Source of the DNA: a virus | Length of the DNA: 64,000 nucleotides | Reading direction: 5' to 3' (one strand) | IMG/VR virus record: IMGVR_UViG_3300045971_000409 | Span: 1-64,000 of that record | Shown here: one piece after another, positions 9,257-20,176 of the stretch | Position numbering within the stretch: the first letter of the stretch is position 1 | Layout: the number at the start of each line of letters is the position of its first letter | Program-made: the position numbers and the translations under genes | Notes under the pieces: model-generated | Told to the model about the DNA's origin: nothing | The model's input: only the letters and a program-made list of their open reading frames with translations | Databases searched by the model: none

Positions 9257-9969
9257 TCTTTGAATCCGTGTACCTGGACATAAAAGCCCACGCCCAAACC
9301 CAGGTACCCCATGAGGCGTGTGGATTTATAGTCTTGAATAATGATGGGGATTTGGAAGTAGTAACCTCCCCCAACATCAATCTCGACCCCCGTAATAGAT
9401 TCACCACCAGTCCCGAGTCTTACCTGCGAGCAAAGAAATTGGGTAGTATTGTGGGATTGTATCATTCCCACCCCCAAGATTCATCAGAGCCCACGGCGGC
9501 CGACAGAATAATGCACAAAATAGCCAAGGTTCCGGGGGTGATATATTCCGTAGGTCAAGATACCTTTACCGAGGTGTCAACGGATACCCAAGATTACCCC
9601 CTCATGGGTAGAGAATTTGTCTGGGGTATTTTTGATTGCGGAACTCTGATACGAGACTATTACCGGGATAAAGTGGGTATAACATTGGAGGCTGAACACC
9701 CCACAGAGCATGAATGGATAACAGGAGCCAGGACATATTTGCCCTACCTTTACGCCAACAATTTTACGATAGTACCCCCTATCAGCATGAAATTGCACGA
9801 TATTATTCTTGTGCAATTAACTGCACAGCATCCTAACCACGCGGGCATCTACATAGGAGCCAACACAATCTTCCATCACCTGCACCAGCGTCTTTCGACT
9901 GAGGATATTTACGGTGATTATTGGCGAGACAGAACCACCCATGTACTACGCCACAAGGAGTTACTATGA
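9253..9969 (+). CDS. Tail assembly protein, lambda gpK-like (JAB + NlpC/P60)
   Basis: 'PHEACG', 'YHSHP..PTAAD', 'GIFDCG', 'PNHAGIYIG...HH'. Confidence 0.92.
   Translation: MIFESVYLDIKAHAQTQVPHEACGFIVLNNDGDLEVVTSPNINLDPRNRFTTSPESYLRAKKLGSIVGLYHSHPQDSSEPTAADRIMHKIAKVPGVIYSVGQDTFTEVSTDTQDYPLMGREFVWGIFDCGTLIRDYYRDKVGITLEAEHPTEHEWITGARTYLPYLYANNFTIVPPISMKLHDIILVQLTAQHPNHAGIYIGANTIFHHLHQRLSTEDIYGDYWRDRTTHVLRHKELL
9812..9826 (+). repeat. Dispersed motif, copy 3 (in the gpK-like gene)
   Basis: TGCAATTAACTGCAC. Confidence 0.9.
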
Positions 9970-10601
9970 GGACCATACAGCTACATGGAGAAGTGGGGGA
10001 TTTGTACGGCGCAGAGTGGAATTTGGACGTAGCTACCCCTGCGGAAGCCATTATCGCTATCGAGGCCAATCGCCCTGGATTCCTCCAGTATCTACAGGAC
10101 ACGGAGAACAAGGGAGTAGAGTACACCATTAAATTGGGGTCTTACGAGATAGAACCTGAGCGTATAAAGGGTCCTTTTTCCAAGGCGGAGATATTCCATA
10201 TCATACCTCAGATGAGTGGAGCATCCTCAAAAGCCGGGGCAACCGCCAAGATAGTCGTAGGGGCCATCTTAGTTATCGTGGCTATGATCGCCTCCTCAGG
10301 CCAAGCTGGATGGGGCATGCCCGTAATAGCGGGCTCAACATGGGCCCCCACGGCCGGAGCCACTCTCATGTTCGGGGCTACTCTCATGCTGGCGGGGGTA
10401 TCCAGCCTGCTCACCAAAACACCTCAAACTGAAAATAAATCGTCAGAGGCTGAACGATTGAAGGGGCACTATTTTTCTGGACCCGTGAACACCATAGCCG
10501 AGGGCGGGCCTGTCCCCCTGGGCTATGGCAGATTACTCGTCGGCGCGGTGGTTGTCAGCTCAGGTATCGAGGTGCGTACTGATGTCTCAATCAGAGTCTA
10601 A
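9966..10601 (+). CDS. Tail assembly protein, lambda gpI-like
   Basis: AAGGAG RBS before ATG 9966; 'YFSGPVNTIAEGGPVPLGYGRLLVG'. Confidence 0.92.
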   Translation: MRTIQLHGEVGDLYGAEWNLDVATPAEAIIAIEANRPGFLQYLQDTENKGVEYTIKLGSYEIEPERIKGPFSKAEIFHIIPQMSGASSKAGATAKIVVGAILVIVAMIASSGQAGWGMPVIAGSTWAPTAGATLMFGATLMLAGVSSLLTKTPQTENKSSEAERLKGHYFSGPVNTIAEGGPVPLGYGRLLVGAVVVSSGIEVRTDVSIRV

Positions 10602-13600
10602 TTTACCCGTAGTATACTCCGGGGCTGGTAAGGGTGGCGGTGGCGGACAAAGTAGCACCCCCATAGAAATACCCGAAAATTTACGCTCCACGGGTAAAAT
10701 AAAACTTATAGATGTAATTTGCGAGGGAGAGATTGAGGGTCTGGTAAACTCTGACAGGTCCATCTATATCAATGATGCCCCTCTCCGCAACAACAAGATG
10801 GATTACGCCACCTGGCAGACCTACATTCGTAACAACCCGCAGAATATGGGGTTGGATATGAACTACACAGGGTTAGAGTGGCAATTCTTCACGGGCACTC
10901 TCACTCAAGAGGCCATAGACCCCAAAAAACTGGCCATTTCTGATGTTACCACGGAATACGCTCATTCTACTGAGGTAATGTCAGGGTACACCGAGCAAGA
11001 TGTTTTGTCCCTGGTAGACCCCTGGGGTACGGCCAAATTGTCAGGGGCCATAACCACGGCTATGAGATATGCTAATGCTGTGGCCCTATCCATTACTAAC
11101 CCCAACGTGGACCAGATAGAGCTACGTCTGAGTGTACCCTCCTTGTGGGAGACCAACCCCTTCCTGAACTATATTGGCCCCACCAAGGTAGTGTATGGAG
11201 TAGAGATAAAAAGTAGTATCACGGGGGATACCTGGAATCCCTTGTACAGTAGTAACCCCCCCATGGTTATGGGTAGACGGATAGATAATACTCATTTCGT
11301 GTTCGATGAGTACACTCTGGCCCTTACCCTCACCTTCACCGCCGAAGCCTATATGAAGCCCATATACGACACGGAGGGTATTCAGGTAGATGTGTCCATG
11401 TGGCAGGGGGCCGCAGGTTTTATTCAGGTAACCTATAAACTCTTGGCGGATACTGAGTGGCTGAATGGACCTTTGGTGAAACTTACCTCGTGGTCAGGGC
11501 AGTATACTGCGGTACTTGGCGACCTTATTTTGGGGAAATACGAAGTAAAAATAGCGTACGTGCAGGATACGATATACCAGAGCGACGCCCAGACCCTCAA
11601 CATAGAGTCTCTAACTGGTTACGGGTCAACCCCCAACTCTTACATAGATTACTTCGAGGGACTTACGTACAGTAAATACGAAAGGGCAGTCAAAGTAGTG
11701 CTGCCTTTTAGGGATGGAATACCCAGGCAAGATCACATGCCCTGGAGTCTTCGGATTTACCGTATAACCCCTGACAACCTGAGTACAAAAAGAAGTAATA
11801 AGCTGAATCTGGACTCGTACACCGAGCACACTCTGGTCCGTTTGCGTTACCCAAATACGGCCTACTGCGCCATGACGGCCCACGCTGAACAATTCAGCTC
11901 CGTGCCCTCCAGGGCTTACGACCTAAAACTATTAAAGATAAAAATACCCACCAACTATGAGCCCACAGCCCACACCTACAATAGGGCCTCCAATGGAACC
12001 CTGGTTTTTGATGGTAATGGGTTACCGGTAGAGCAGATATGGGATGGGCAGTTCTACGTTGCCTGGTCTGATAATCCGGCCTGGTGCTTTTACGATCTAC
12101 TGTCCCATCGGCGTTATGGTCTAGGCAGTTTCCTGGATACGTCCTACATCAACAAGTGGTCCCTGTACACCATAGGTAAGTACTGTGATGGCAGGGTCCC
12201 CAGCGGTAAACTTGAAAATGCGGTGGCCTACGCCCCTGCTACCTCTTACCCTGCGGGTAGTGTGGCCGTGTACAATAATAAGTGGTATCGAAATACCAGT
12301 AACCCCGCAGTAACCCTCGTGGGGGTACTGCCCACCAATACGGCCAGTTGGACTGAGATAGCGGTAAATACCCCTATCTATGAGCCTAGATTTACCCTCA
12401 ATGCGTATATAGCCTCCTCGGTAGAAGCCTACAAATTACTACAGGATATGTCCTCAGTATTTCGGGGCATGATTTACTGGGCCGCCAACTCGGTTATAGC
12501 CGTCCAGGACTCCCCTCAGCCACCCGTGGCCGTGTTCTCCAACGCCAATGTTATAGGAGGCATGTTCACCTACGTGGGGTCGGCGCGAAGAGCCCGTAGG
12601 ACCGTAGCCCTGGTCACCTGGAATGACCCCCAGAATCTCTACCGTAAGGCTATTGAATATGTGGAGAATAGAGAGGCCATGCTTCGGTATGGCTACAACT
12701 CCACGGAAATAATTGCTTTTGGTTGTACCTCCCGTGGACAAGCGCACCGGCTAGGTCGTTGGCTGCTTTATTCCGAGTCCAACGAGACCGAGGTTGTTAC
12801 CTTTCAGGTAGGGGCGGATTCTACCCTGATACAGCCCAATAACATCATCAAAGTTCAAGATGAAAGCCGAAACCTCAACCGTATGGCGGGACGTATCATT
12901 CGGGCTACCGCCACCAGTATTATCACCGACAGTAAATTAACCACGCTGGCCCTGCCTGCTACTCTGGACATTATACTGTCGGATGGCAGTCTATTCTCTA
13001 CGCCCATAGCGTCATTCAGTCACACGAACATAGTGCCTCCCATAGATAAAGGGGCTTGGGTATCGGGCACCTACTACAACGCGGGCGAGATGGCCACCTA
13101 CGCTACGATACAGTATGTGTGCATATCTCCCATACCCATAGTACCGGCCAGTAACCCCACGGTAGATACTGCCAACTGGATGACCTATACCGCTTACGTA
13201 GCCCAGGCGGGTAGCCCGTGTACCACCCTGAACTGGTCAGGCCCAATACCAAGTACCCCGGTACCCGAGTCTATGTGGCTGGTAACAGCCGCTGGAGTCT
13301 CTAATTGGCTCTACCGGATAGTGGGCATAAAGGAGATAGACACCCTCTCCTACGAGATATCGGCGGTAGCCCATTATCCCCAAAAATTCGACTTGATCGA
13401 GAACAATCTGGCCCTATCCGTGGACAGCGGAACTATTAACGCGGACTTGACAACAGTTAGTCCCCCACGGAATATCACCTTCACCGAGGAGGTATACTCA
13501 CCCACCCCTGGCACCTCAGCTATTCGCCTGGTAATAAGCTGGGAGGCCCCTGAGAACAAGTACGTCTATCAGTACAAAGGGCAGGTTCAGCACCCGGATG

Positions 13601-16600
13601 GGTCCTTCCAGATGTTCAATACCCCTGATGCCAAGCTCACCGTAGTCGTGGCATCTTCGGGTACCTACACGATAAACGTCAGAACTGTTACCTTTAGCAA
13701 TATGGTATCAGCTCCCGCCACAGCATCATACTTGCTGGTACTGCACTCAAAGGTACCCGTGCCCAATGTGACCGGGCTTGACCTATACCCTGGCAATAAC
13801 TACCGGTACTTCAATACGAAAGACTGCCACCTCATCTGGCACACCCCCCAGGCGTACTCTGATACCCCCCTGGCGGATGCCCAGCCTTTATCCCAGGTAC
13901 CCCTGGAGATGTGGTTCAAGCAGTATGTTATCCGCATCTACAATATGGATAACTCGCTTCGCAGGACGGACTACTCAAAGACCCCGGAGTACTTCTACAC
14001 TCACGAGAAAAACTATGCGGACGGGGGAGAAGCCTTCATCCTTGCCCGCGAGTTTATTGTGGGGGTTGTGGCCGAGGATACCGCGGGAAACTGGTCTGAG
14101 GTAGAAGCGAGAATAATCGTATCCAATCCAGCCCCGGCGGCCTTACCGGCCCCCACCCTCAATGGCTTTATCGGGTCTTTCATGGCGGCCTGGAATCCAT
14201 CTCCTGAGGTGGATGTGGTCGGGTATGTAGTGCATGCAGTGTTGGGCTCGGACTTTACTCCGGGGCCTACCAACCTGAAAAACACCGGGCCAGAAACGGT
14301 ATTTACCTACACCAAGGCTGCGGCCGGCACTTGGTACGTAAAAATTGCCGCTTACGATGTGTTTGACAAGACCGGATTAAATTACTCCCCGGCGGCCACC
14401 ATAGATGTGGCTGGAACCATCGCGGATATAATGACGGCCCTTGAGGGCAGCATCACCCGGTCTCAATTATTGCCTGCATTGCGAACCAGTATTGACACCA
14501 TAGACGACCCCTCCACGGGACTTACCGTACGGCTAGGGGCGGCCTTAACCCAAATAGATAGTATCAATGGCCAACTCGCGGGATTAACCGTCAGTACCTA
14601 CACGGCATCCCTTACCTATGCCATTGGTGTATTGGTACGCGGAACGGACGGCCTCACCTATAAGGCAAAAATAGCGGTACCCATAAATACCGCACCACCC
14701 AACCTCACCTACTGGGAGCCGGTAGTGGGTGTCGTAAGTCTTGCCCAGGCCATTACGGATGAGACAACGGCCCGACAACTAGCAGACAGTAATGAAATAT
14801 CCAGGGTTAATGCTCTACTGGCCACCCTGCAAAATACCACGGTACCGGGCCTCATAGTTACGGCAACAAATGGCTCCATAAAAGATGCCTACGTCGCGGC
14901 AGATGGTGCCCTAGCTACGGACTATAACTTCAAGATAGCTAGTATAACCCAGCCCGTCACAGGTAGTATAGCTTCCGCAATTACAGCCTCAGAGACAGTG
15001 ACCACGGGGCTTATCAACACCACCGCCAATGCGGTTACCACTTTGCAATCTCGGGTGGATGGGATTGAATCCTTATTTGGAGCCTATAACTCCTGGAACT
15101 TTGACACCACGGTAGAGGGTTTTATCGCCGGGGGTACGGGTGGCTCTCTGGCCTGGGTACGGGATTCTGGTAATGGGTCCTTAAACTACACCACTGTAGC
15201 GGGGGGAGTATCTCCTACGATCAACATTACAGGTCTGTCCGTCCCCAGTAAAAACAATGTTGTTCGGATGAAAATAAAACGAATATCGGGTACTGCTACA
15301 GACTGGGTGGGGTCTATGATGTACTCCACGGCGGCCAATCCAACCCCCAGTTTAAGTCGTTACAAGGCGGCCCCTTCCTTGGTGGGCGGCCTACCTCCAG
15401 GCAAGGATATGGTCTTTGAGTGGGATATGTCCGCTCTCACCGTGGGGGGTACCGATTGGCTTACCCAGCCCACCATCACTGGGCTATCCATTATCCTGGC
15501 CCCCAATAATACGGTAGGGCAGTTCTATATTGACTGGATTGTCATAGGGTCCAAAGCACCCCCCGCAAGTATGGCCTACCTGGAAGATGTACGTTACACT
15601 TTAGCCCAGGTGGATATAGCCGAAGCAGGGTTGCGCACTACCTTGGCGGCGCGAGTACTCAATACTGAGCAGCTATTCGACCCCATTGTGACCTGGAACT
15701 TTTTGTCTTCTTTCGAGGGGTGGAATCGTGTCGCAACCGATGTGACTCTTTCCGTCACCAGCACAGGGGGTAAAACCACCCTCAATATGGCAACCTTTAC
15801 CACCAATACAGTACAAATCTACGTTCCTACCTCGGGGGTAGATGGGACCAAGTACACACTGGTAAGAGCCAAAATAAAAAATACAGGGTCGATAGATATA
15901 ACGCGCTTCCAGTGCTATTACGCTAATGCCGTCCATGCCACATACACGGTCAGTTACTACAAGAATCTGGTCCTCACCTTAAAACCAGGGGAAGAATCTA
16001 TCGTTGAGTGGGATATGACGGCCCTAACTGCTGGGGGTGCTGACTGGACCAACCCGGCTAACCCCATCAATGGCATAGCTCTGGGATTGGGGGGTATTGG
16101 AGCCACTCTGGAAATCGACTGGATAACGATAGGACGTAAAGCCCCGGCGGCCAGTACCGCGGCCATTGAAACGGAACAATCAGTTCGGGCTCAGACGGTA
16201 GGAAAAGACTATTCGGCAACAACGGCATTTCCCACCAAGAGTATCTGTCTTTACAATGGGGTCCTTTACCGCAACACGGTCGTACCTGCAAGAACTCTAC
16301 TGGGTGAGCCACCCCCTGATGCGGCAAAATGGACCCCAGTAACCAGTAATGCCTACGCCCAGTATACCTTGAAACTAGAGGTAGATGCTGGGGGTACTAA
16401 GTATGTGAGTGGTTTCGGACTTTCTAATGATGGAGAAACTTCAGACTTCATCGTAGTGGCGGACAAGTTCGCCATAATGGCTCCGATAGCTGATGCCTTA
16501 ATTACGGACCCGTTAAAAAAGAAACTCATACCCTTTGCGGTGGCAAGGGTAAACAATACCTGGACAGTGGGCATTAATGGGCAATTAGTAGTGGATGGCT

Positions 16601-19600
16601 CCATCAATGCTCGGGCTATTGATGTCACCAGTCTGCACGTAGGGCCGGGCGGAATCAGTATAGACGAAAATGCCCTCATAACCTTCGGCCAGGTTATGAA
16701 TGCAGTACCTACACTGGACCCCGCCATAAAGGACATGCTCCAGCAGGAAATAGAGCCCTACCTGCCCTCCCCGGTATACTCCAGGGCCTCCACCGCGTAC
16801 TATGAGGGGTCCGCCGAAATAGCCCTGGTAGACACTCCCCGTATTGTAAAAACTACCCATGATGGGGCCAGGGTGACGGGAGAAAATGCCATACTCATGG
16901 AACCCGCAGCTACCAACTGGCTGGCGGCTAACCTACCCACCCACCTGGCCCTTACAGCCTGTACTTTAAACGGTGGAGCCACCTTAGGGTCTATAACCCC
17001 CGGCCAGTCTGACCCCTTCGGGGGTATGAATGCTGTGCGCTACTATGTCACTTCGGATGGCATTACCTCTCGTCGTAAATTCTGGCTAGGTGGGGTTGTA
17101 GTACCTGCTGGTGTCAATGGCTGTCAGCAGGTATGGGTACGTAATCGGTCAATCACCGTCATAACAGTTACCGCTAATATCGGGCTCTCTTCCGTCAGTA
17201 TTCCCGCCAGTTCGGGATGGATACTGGTGCAGCACAACAACGTACTGGGGGATGGTGTAGCTCAGATGCACCTGGATTTCGCTACTACCCTGGTCGGTGA
17301 AAGTATAGATGTAGATTTGTTCCGTCCCATGCAAGACATAGTGAACACCATATCTTACACCTCATGGACCAACTCTACCCGAGCTTTAGATACTTTGAGT
17401 GTCTCCGCGGTCAACATGGGCACCAAGTGGTCCATAGAATGTTGGGCCAAAAGTAATACCATAGGTACTATAAATAAGTGGGTATTCTCCTCCTGGACTA
17501 AATTTGGGGTGGGTATAGGTGGTGGATCTGATACAACCAAAGATGGCTACCCCCTCTTCGCGTACTATGATGGGACCAATACCCGACAGAATGTTTACGC
17601 CTCCGCCCCCCTGGCGGCCCCTAAAGGATGGAATCACTGGGCAACCACTTTTGATGGGACCACCGTAAAAGTTTATGTGAATGGCGTAGTGGTTATAGTC
17701 GTCACCACCCCCCTTCCTCAGGCATGGAATAGTAACGCTATACAGATCGGCTGCGGTATATACTGGGCGGGCTATATCTCCAAATTCCGTACCCTTAATT
17801 TTGTCATGACCCCAGCCCAAGTAACCAATGCGTACCAGTTCGCGTTTGTGCGCGGCGATTTCTCTGGGGCCTCCCTTTATGAGCTGGATTTCAACAACAC
17901 CTCAATGTGGAAGCAAACCAGTACTGGGAAGCTCTACAGCTACAATGGGGTAGCGTGGGTTTTGGCCTCCACGGTGGGAGCCCCTGCGGGTACCCTGGTG
18001 GGCAATAAAGAAGCGACAGCTTTAGCCTTATCGGTAACCCTATCGGAAACCGCTATAAGTGATCTTACCAGCGATGATATTTTATCCCCCGTGGAAAAAC
18101 AGGCTCTTTTGACTGAGTGGTACAATGTCTATTATGAGTGGGCAAATGTCTTAGAGCCGAATGCGGCCGCTAAACTGGGCACGGGGCATATTGCATACAC
18201 CAATTACCTGGGTAAGATTGCTACCCTGAACGCCTTCATCAATTCAGCCCCGGTCAATATATTAAATAAAACAGTAAGTACCGCACTGTCGGTAACAACT
18301 CTTGATGGGATAGTACCTCCCAACGTAACAGGCACCGTCTTACGTAACTTTCTCTGGGGTTTTTATCAGACCCGCGGAGCCCTCATCACCGCCCTCACGG
18401 ATAAAGCGGGCACCACAGCTTTATGGTCCGGCATCCCTACGGGTACGGGTAAGGCCGCGGATTATGCTACGGTTGGGGCTGATGCTACGAATCTACAGGT
18501 AGGTCTTTCCAGCAACATGATTGTTGATGCTGACTTTCGTAACTGGGCCAACCACCCGCTGACTCTATGGAACAGTATCACAGGACTTAGTGCTGAGGCT
18601 GGTATCAATTTTGGATCCATTTGGAGACTACCAGCCCCAAGTAATACACCATACCTCAAGCACCCGAATAACATTCCGCCAGAAACTGCGTACTCGGCCT
18701 TTTACACGGAGTATTACACGGTAGCCTCTGACTCTTGGTACGAATTGTATGCCTACACTGGTGCTCGTAGGTGCAAGGTTCAAATCACGGTGGCCGAGTA
18801 TAATGGGGCGGGTGCTTTTAATCTGTCCACCACGTTATCCATAATAAATGATGGTGAGGCTGCGGGGGGCGTTACCCTGAATGTCTACAAGAAAACGGGT
18901 GGCTTCTTCAAGACTCAGGGCACCACGGCGAGTATATACATCACTATTGCCAAGTTCTGCACTAAGACCGGTCAAGCCGATAGTTATCTTTTTCTCGGCC
19001 CGATGTATCTCGGCAAAGCACTATCGGCCCAGGTCACTTCTGGGGTATTCTCCGATTGGAGTCCTGGCCCTGCGGGGTACGCGGGTCAACTTAATGCCAC
19101 CAATGGCGCCCCCACGGGTACCTATGTCGGGGGTACCGAAGCAAGTGCCTTATCAACATCAGCAGCAACATCAGCAGCAAGTATTGGGCAGATGGCAGAT
19201 GATACTATCCTCTCACCTATAGAAAAACAGGCATTGCTCAAGGAGTACTATGACGTCTACTATGAATGGGTTAATGTTTTAGCACCCAATGCTGGGACTA
19301 AAATAGGAACTGGGGCGACAGCCTATGTAGACTATTCCACTAAAATGTCGCAACTTATTACGTTTATAAACTCTGCGGCAGTTAATATAGGCAGTGTAGG
19401 CACAAGTACCTATTTGTCCACAACAACCCTAGCCGGAGTAACTCCGGTAACAGGTAATAGTTTCCGGTCATTTTTCTTTGATTTCTACCAAAAAAGGGCT
19501 GCCCTCTATACCGCCCTTTCGGACAAGGCGGGTACCATAGCTGATTGGGATAAACTCAACGGCACTATGCCTGCAAATATAGTGACAGGCTCCGGTACCG

Positions 19601-20175
19601 AGATCGCAAGTACCTGGATATACACTGGTACCTTGTATGCAGAAAAAGTGAGTTCTCGTCTGGGTACCTACGATGAATTATATGTAGGTGGGCATGTTGT
19701 CTCTGACCCCAAACAAGCTACAGGCCCCGCTACAGACACTAGGGCTTATCAGAATTATAATGCAGCGGGAGTTATGATATCATCCCCGCGGACCCATGTA
19801 GACCTTGGAGGGCAGGCTATAGATCACACCATAATGGCTGTCCTGGCCATAGAAATTATAGGGCAGTCAACCTTCACTTGGACTGGATTTTTGACGGGGT
19901 ACACTTCGGTAGCGGGAGCTAAAGTAATAATCGAGTTGTTTAGAGTGGATACCTACGGTGGAGAAGCCTTAGTAAAAACATTCTCCACCTTAGATTTAAC
20001 CTCAGGAACTCACATGATACCCGTACAGTACACTGATAGGGCCACTGGTGGTTATTTGTATCGTATAAAAGTTAAGGGTACAGTTGGTAATATGGATGTA
20101 ACTGGTATTCCTACGCTAGGCTGTCGGGCTAATACCTGTAGTATTGTAGTTATGACTACCAAAGGGGGGGCTTAA
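10582..20175 (+). CDS. Tail tip / host-specificity protein, lambda gpJ-like (~3200 aa, multidomain)
   Basis: 'GAGKGGGG', 'CEGEIEGL', 'WSDNPAWCFYDLL', 'FGCTSRGQAHRLGRWLLYSE'; FN3-like, DUF1983-like and LamG-like segments. Confidence 0.93.
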   Translation: MSQSESNLPVVYSGAGKGGGGGQSSTPIEIPENLRSTGKIKLIDVICEGEIEGLVNSDRSIYINDAPLRNNKMDYATWQTYIRNNPQNMGLDMNYTGLEWQFFTGTLTQEAIDPKKLAISDVTTEYAHSTEVMSGYTEQDVLSLVDPWGTAKLSGAITTAMRYANAVALSITNPNVDQIELRLSVPSLWETNPFLNYIGPTKVVYGVEIKSSITGDTWNPLYSSNPPMVMGRRIDNTHFVFDEYTLALTLTFTAEAYMKPIYDTEGIQVDVSMWQGAAGFIQVTYKLLADTEWLNGPLVKLTSWSGQYTAVLGDLILGKYEVKIAYVQDTIYQSDAQTLNIESLTGYGSTPNSYIDYFEGLTYSKYERAVKVVLPFRDGIPRQDHMPWSLRIYRITPDNLSTKRSNKLNLDSYTEHTLVRLRYPNTAYCAMTAHAEQFSSVPSRAYDLKLLKIKIPTNYEPTAHTYNRASNGTLVFDGNGLPVEQIWDGQFYVAWSDNPAWCFYDLLSHRRYGLGSFLDTSYINKWSLYTIGKYCDGRVPSGKLENAVAYAPATSYPAGSVAVYNNKWYRNTSNPAVTLVGVLPTNTASWTEIAVNTPIYEPRFTLNAYIASSVEAYKLLQDMSSVFRGMIYWAANSVIAVQDSPQPPVAVFSNANVIGGMFTYVGSARRARRTVALVTWNDPQNLYRKAIEYVENREAMLRYGYNSTEIIAFGCTSRGQAHRLGRWLLYSESNETEVVTFQVGADSTLIQPNNIIKVQDESRNLNRMAGRIIRATATSIITDSKLTTLALPATLDIILSDGSLFSTPIASFSHTNIVPPIDKGAWVSGTYYNAGEMATYATIQYVCISPIPIVPASNPTVDTANWMTYTAYVAQAGSPCTTLNWSGPIPSTPVPESMWLVTAAGVSNWLYRIVGIKEIDTLSYEISAVAHYPQKFDLIENNLALSVDSGTINADLTTVSPPRNITFTEEVYSPTPGTSAIRLVISWEAPENKYVYQYKGQVQHPDGSFQMFNTPDAKLTVVVASSGTYTINVRTVTFSNMVSAPATASYLLVLHSKVPVPNVTGLDLYPGNNYRYFNTKDCHLIWHTPQAYSDTPLADAQPLSQVPLEMWFKQYVIRIYNMDNSLRRTDYSKTPEYFYTHEKNYADGGEAFILAREFIVGVVAEDTAGNWSEVEARIIVSNPAPAALPAPTLNGFIGSFMAAWNPSPEVDVVGYVVHAVLGSDFTPGPTNLKNTGPETVFTYTKAAAGTWYVKIAAYDVFDKTGLNYSPAATIDVAGTIADIMTALEGSITRSQLLPALRTSIDTIDDPSTGLTVRLGAALTQIDSINGQLAGLTVSTYTASLTYAIGVLVRGTDGLTYKAKIAVPINTAPPNLTYWEPVVGVVSLAQAITDETTARQLADSNEISRVNALLATLQNTTVPGLIVTATNGSIKDAYVAADGALATDYNFKIASITQPVTGSIASAITASETVTTGLINTTANAVTTLQSRVDGIESLFGAYNSWNFDTTVEGFIAGGTGGSLAWVRDSGNGSLNYTTVAGGVSPTINITGLSVPSKNNVVRMKIKRISGTATDWVGSMMYSTAANPTPSLSRYKAAPSLVGGLPPGKDMVFEWDMSALTVGGTDWLTQPTITGLSIILAPNNTVGQFYIDWIVIGSKAPPASMAYLEDVRYTLAQVDIAEAGLRTTLAARVLNTEQLFDPIVTWNFLSSFEGWNRVATDVTLSVTSTGGKTTLNMATFTTNTVQIYVPTSGVDGTKYTLVRAKIKNTGSIDITRFQCYYANAVHATYTVSYYKNLVLTLKPGEESIVEWDMTALTAGGADWTNPANPINGIALGLGGIGATLEIDWITIGRKAPAASTAAIETEQSVRAQTVGKDYSATTAFPTKSICLYNGVLYRNTVVPARTLLGEPPPDAAKWTPVTSNAYAQYTLKLEVDAGGTKYVSGFGLSNDGETSDFIVVADKFAIMAPIADALITDPLKKKLIPFAVARVNNTWTVGINGQLVVDGSINARAIDVTSLHVGPGGISIDENALITFGQVMNAVPTLDPAIKDMLQQEIEPYLPSPVYSRASTAYYEGSAEIALVDTPRIVKTTHDGARVTGENAILMEPAATNWLAANLPTHLALTACTLNGGATLGSITPGQSDPFGGMNAVRYYVTSDGITSRRKFWLGGVVVPAGVNGCQQVWVRNRSITVITVTANIGLSSVSIPASSGWILVQHNNVLGDGVAQMHLDFATTLVGESIDVDLFRPMQDIVNTISYTSWTNSTRALDTLSVSAVNMGTKWSIECWAKSNTIGTINKWVFSSWTKFGVGIGGGSDTTKDGYPLFAYYDGTNTRQNVYASAPLAAPKGWNHWATTFDGTTVKVYVNGVVVIVVTTPLPQAWNSNAIQIGCGIYWAGYISKFRTLNFVMTPAQVTNAYQFAFVRGDFSGASLYELDFNNTSMWKQTSTGKLYSYNGVAWVLASTVGAPAGTLVGNKEATALALSVTLSETAISDLTSDDILSPVEKQALLTEWYNVYYEWANVLEPNAAAKLGTGHIAYTNYLGKIATLNAFINSAPVNILNKTVSTALSVTTLDGIVPPNVTGTVLRNFLWGFYQTRGALITALTDKAGTTALWSGIPTGTGKAADYATVGADATNLQVGLSSNMIVDADFRNWANHPLTLWNSITGLSAEAGINFGSIWRLPAPSNTPYLKHPNNIPPETAYSAFYTEYYTVASDSWYELYAYTGARRCKVQITVAEYNGAGAFNLSTTLSIINDGEAAGGVTLNVYKKTGGFFKTQGTTASIYITIAKFCTKTGQADSYLFLGPMYLGKALSAQVTSGVFSDWSPGPAGYAGQLNATNGAPTGTYVGGTEASALSTSAATSAASIGQMADDTILSPIEKQALLKEYYDVYYEWVNVLAPNAGTKIGTGATAYVDYSTKMSQLITFINSAAVNIGSVGTSTYLSTTTLAGVTPVTGNSFRSFFFDFYQKRAALYTALSDKAGTIADWDKLNGTMPANIVTGSGTEIASTWIYTGTLYAEKVSSRLGTYDELYVGGHVVSDPKQATGPATDTRAYQNYNAAGVMISSPRTHVDLGGQAIDHTIMAVLAIEIIGQSTFTWTGFLTGYTSVAGAKVIIELFRVDTYGGEALVKTFSTLDLTSGTHMIPVQYTDRATGGYLYRIKVKGTVGNMDVTGIPTLGCRANTCSIVVMTTKGGA

Positions 20176-20176
20176 C

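Noticed and set aside
18060-19560. Repeats in gpJ as a diversity-generating retroelement TR/VR pair
   Set aside because: Both copies are in-frame protein repeats that differ at all base types, not only adenines, and there is no reverse transcriptase in the window.
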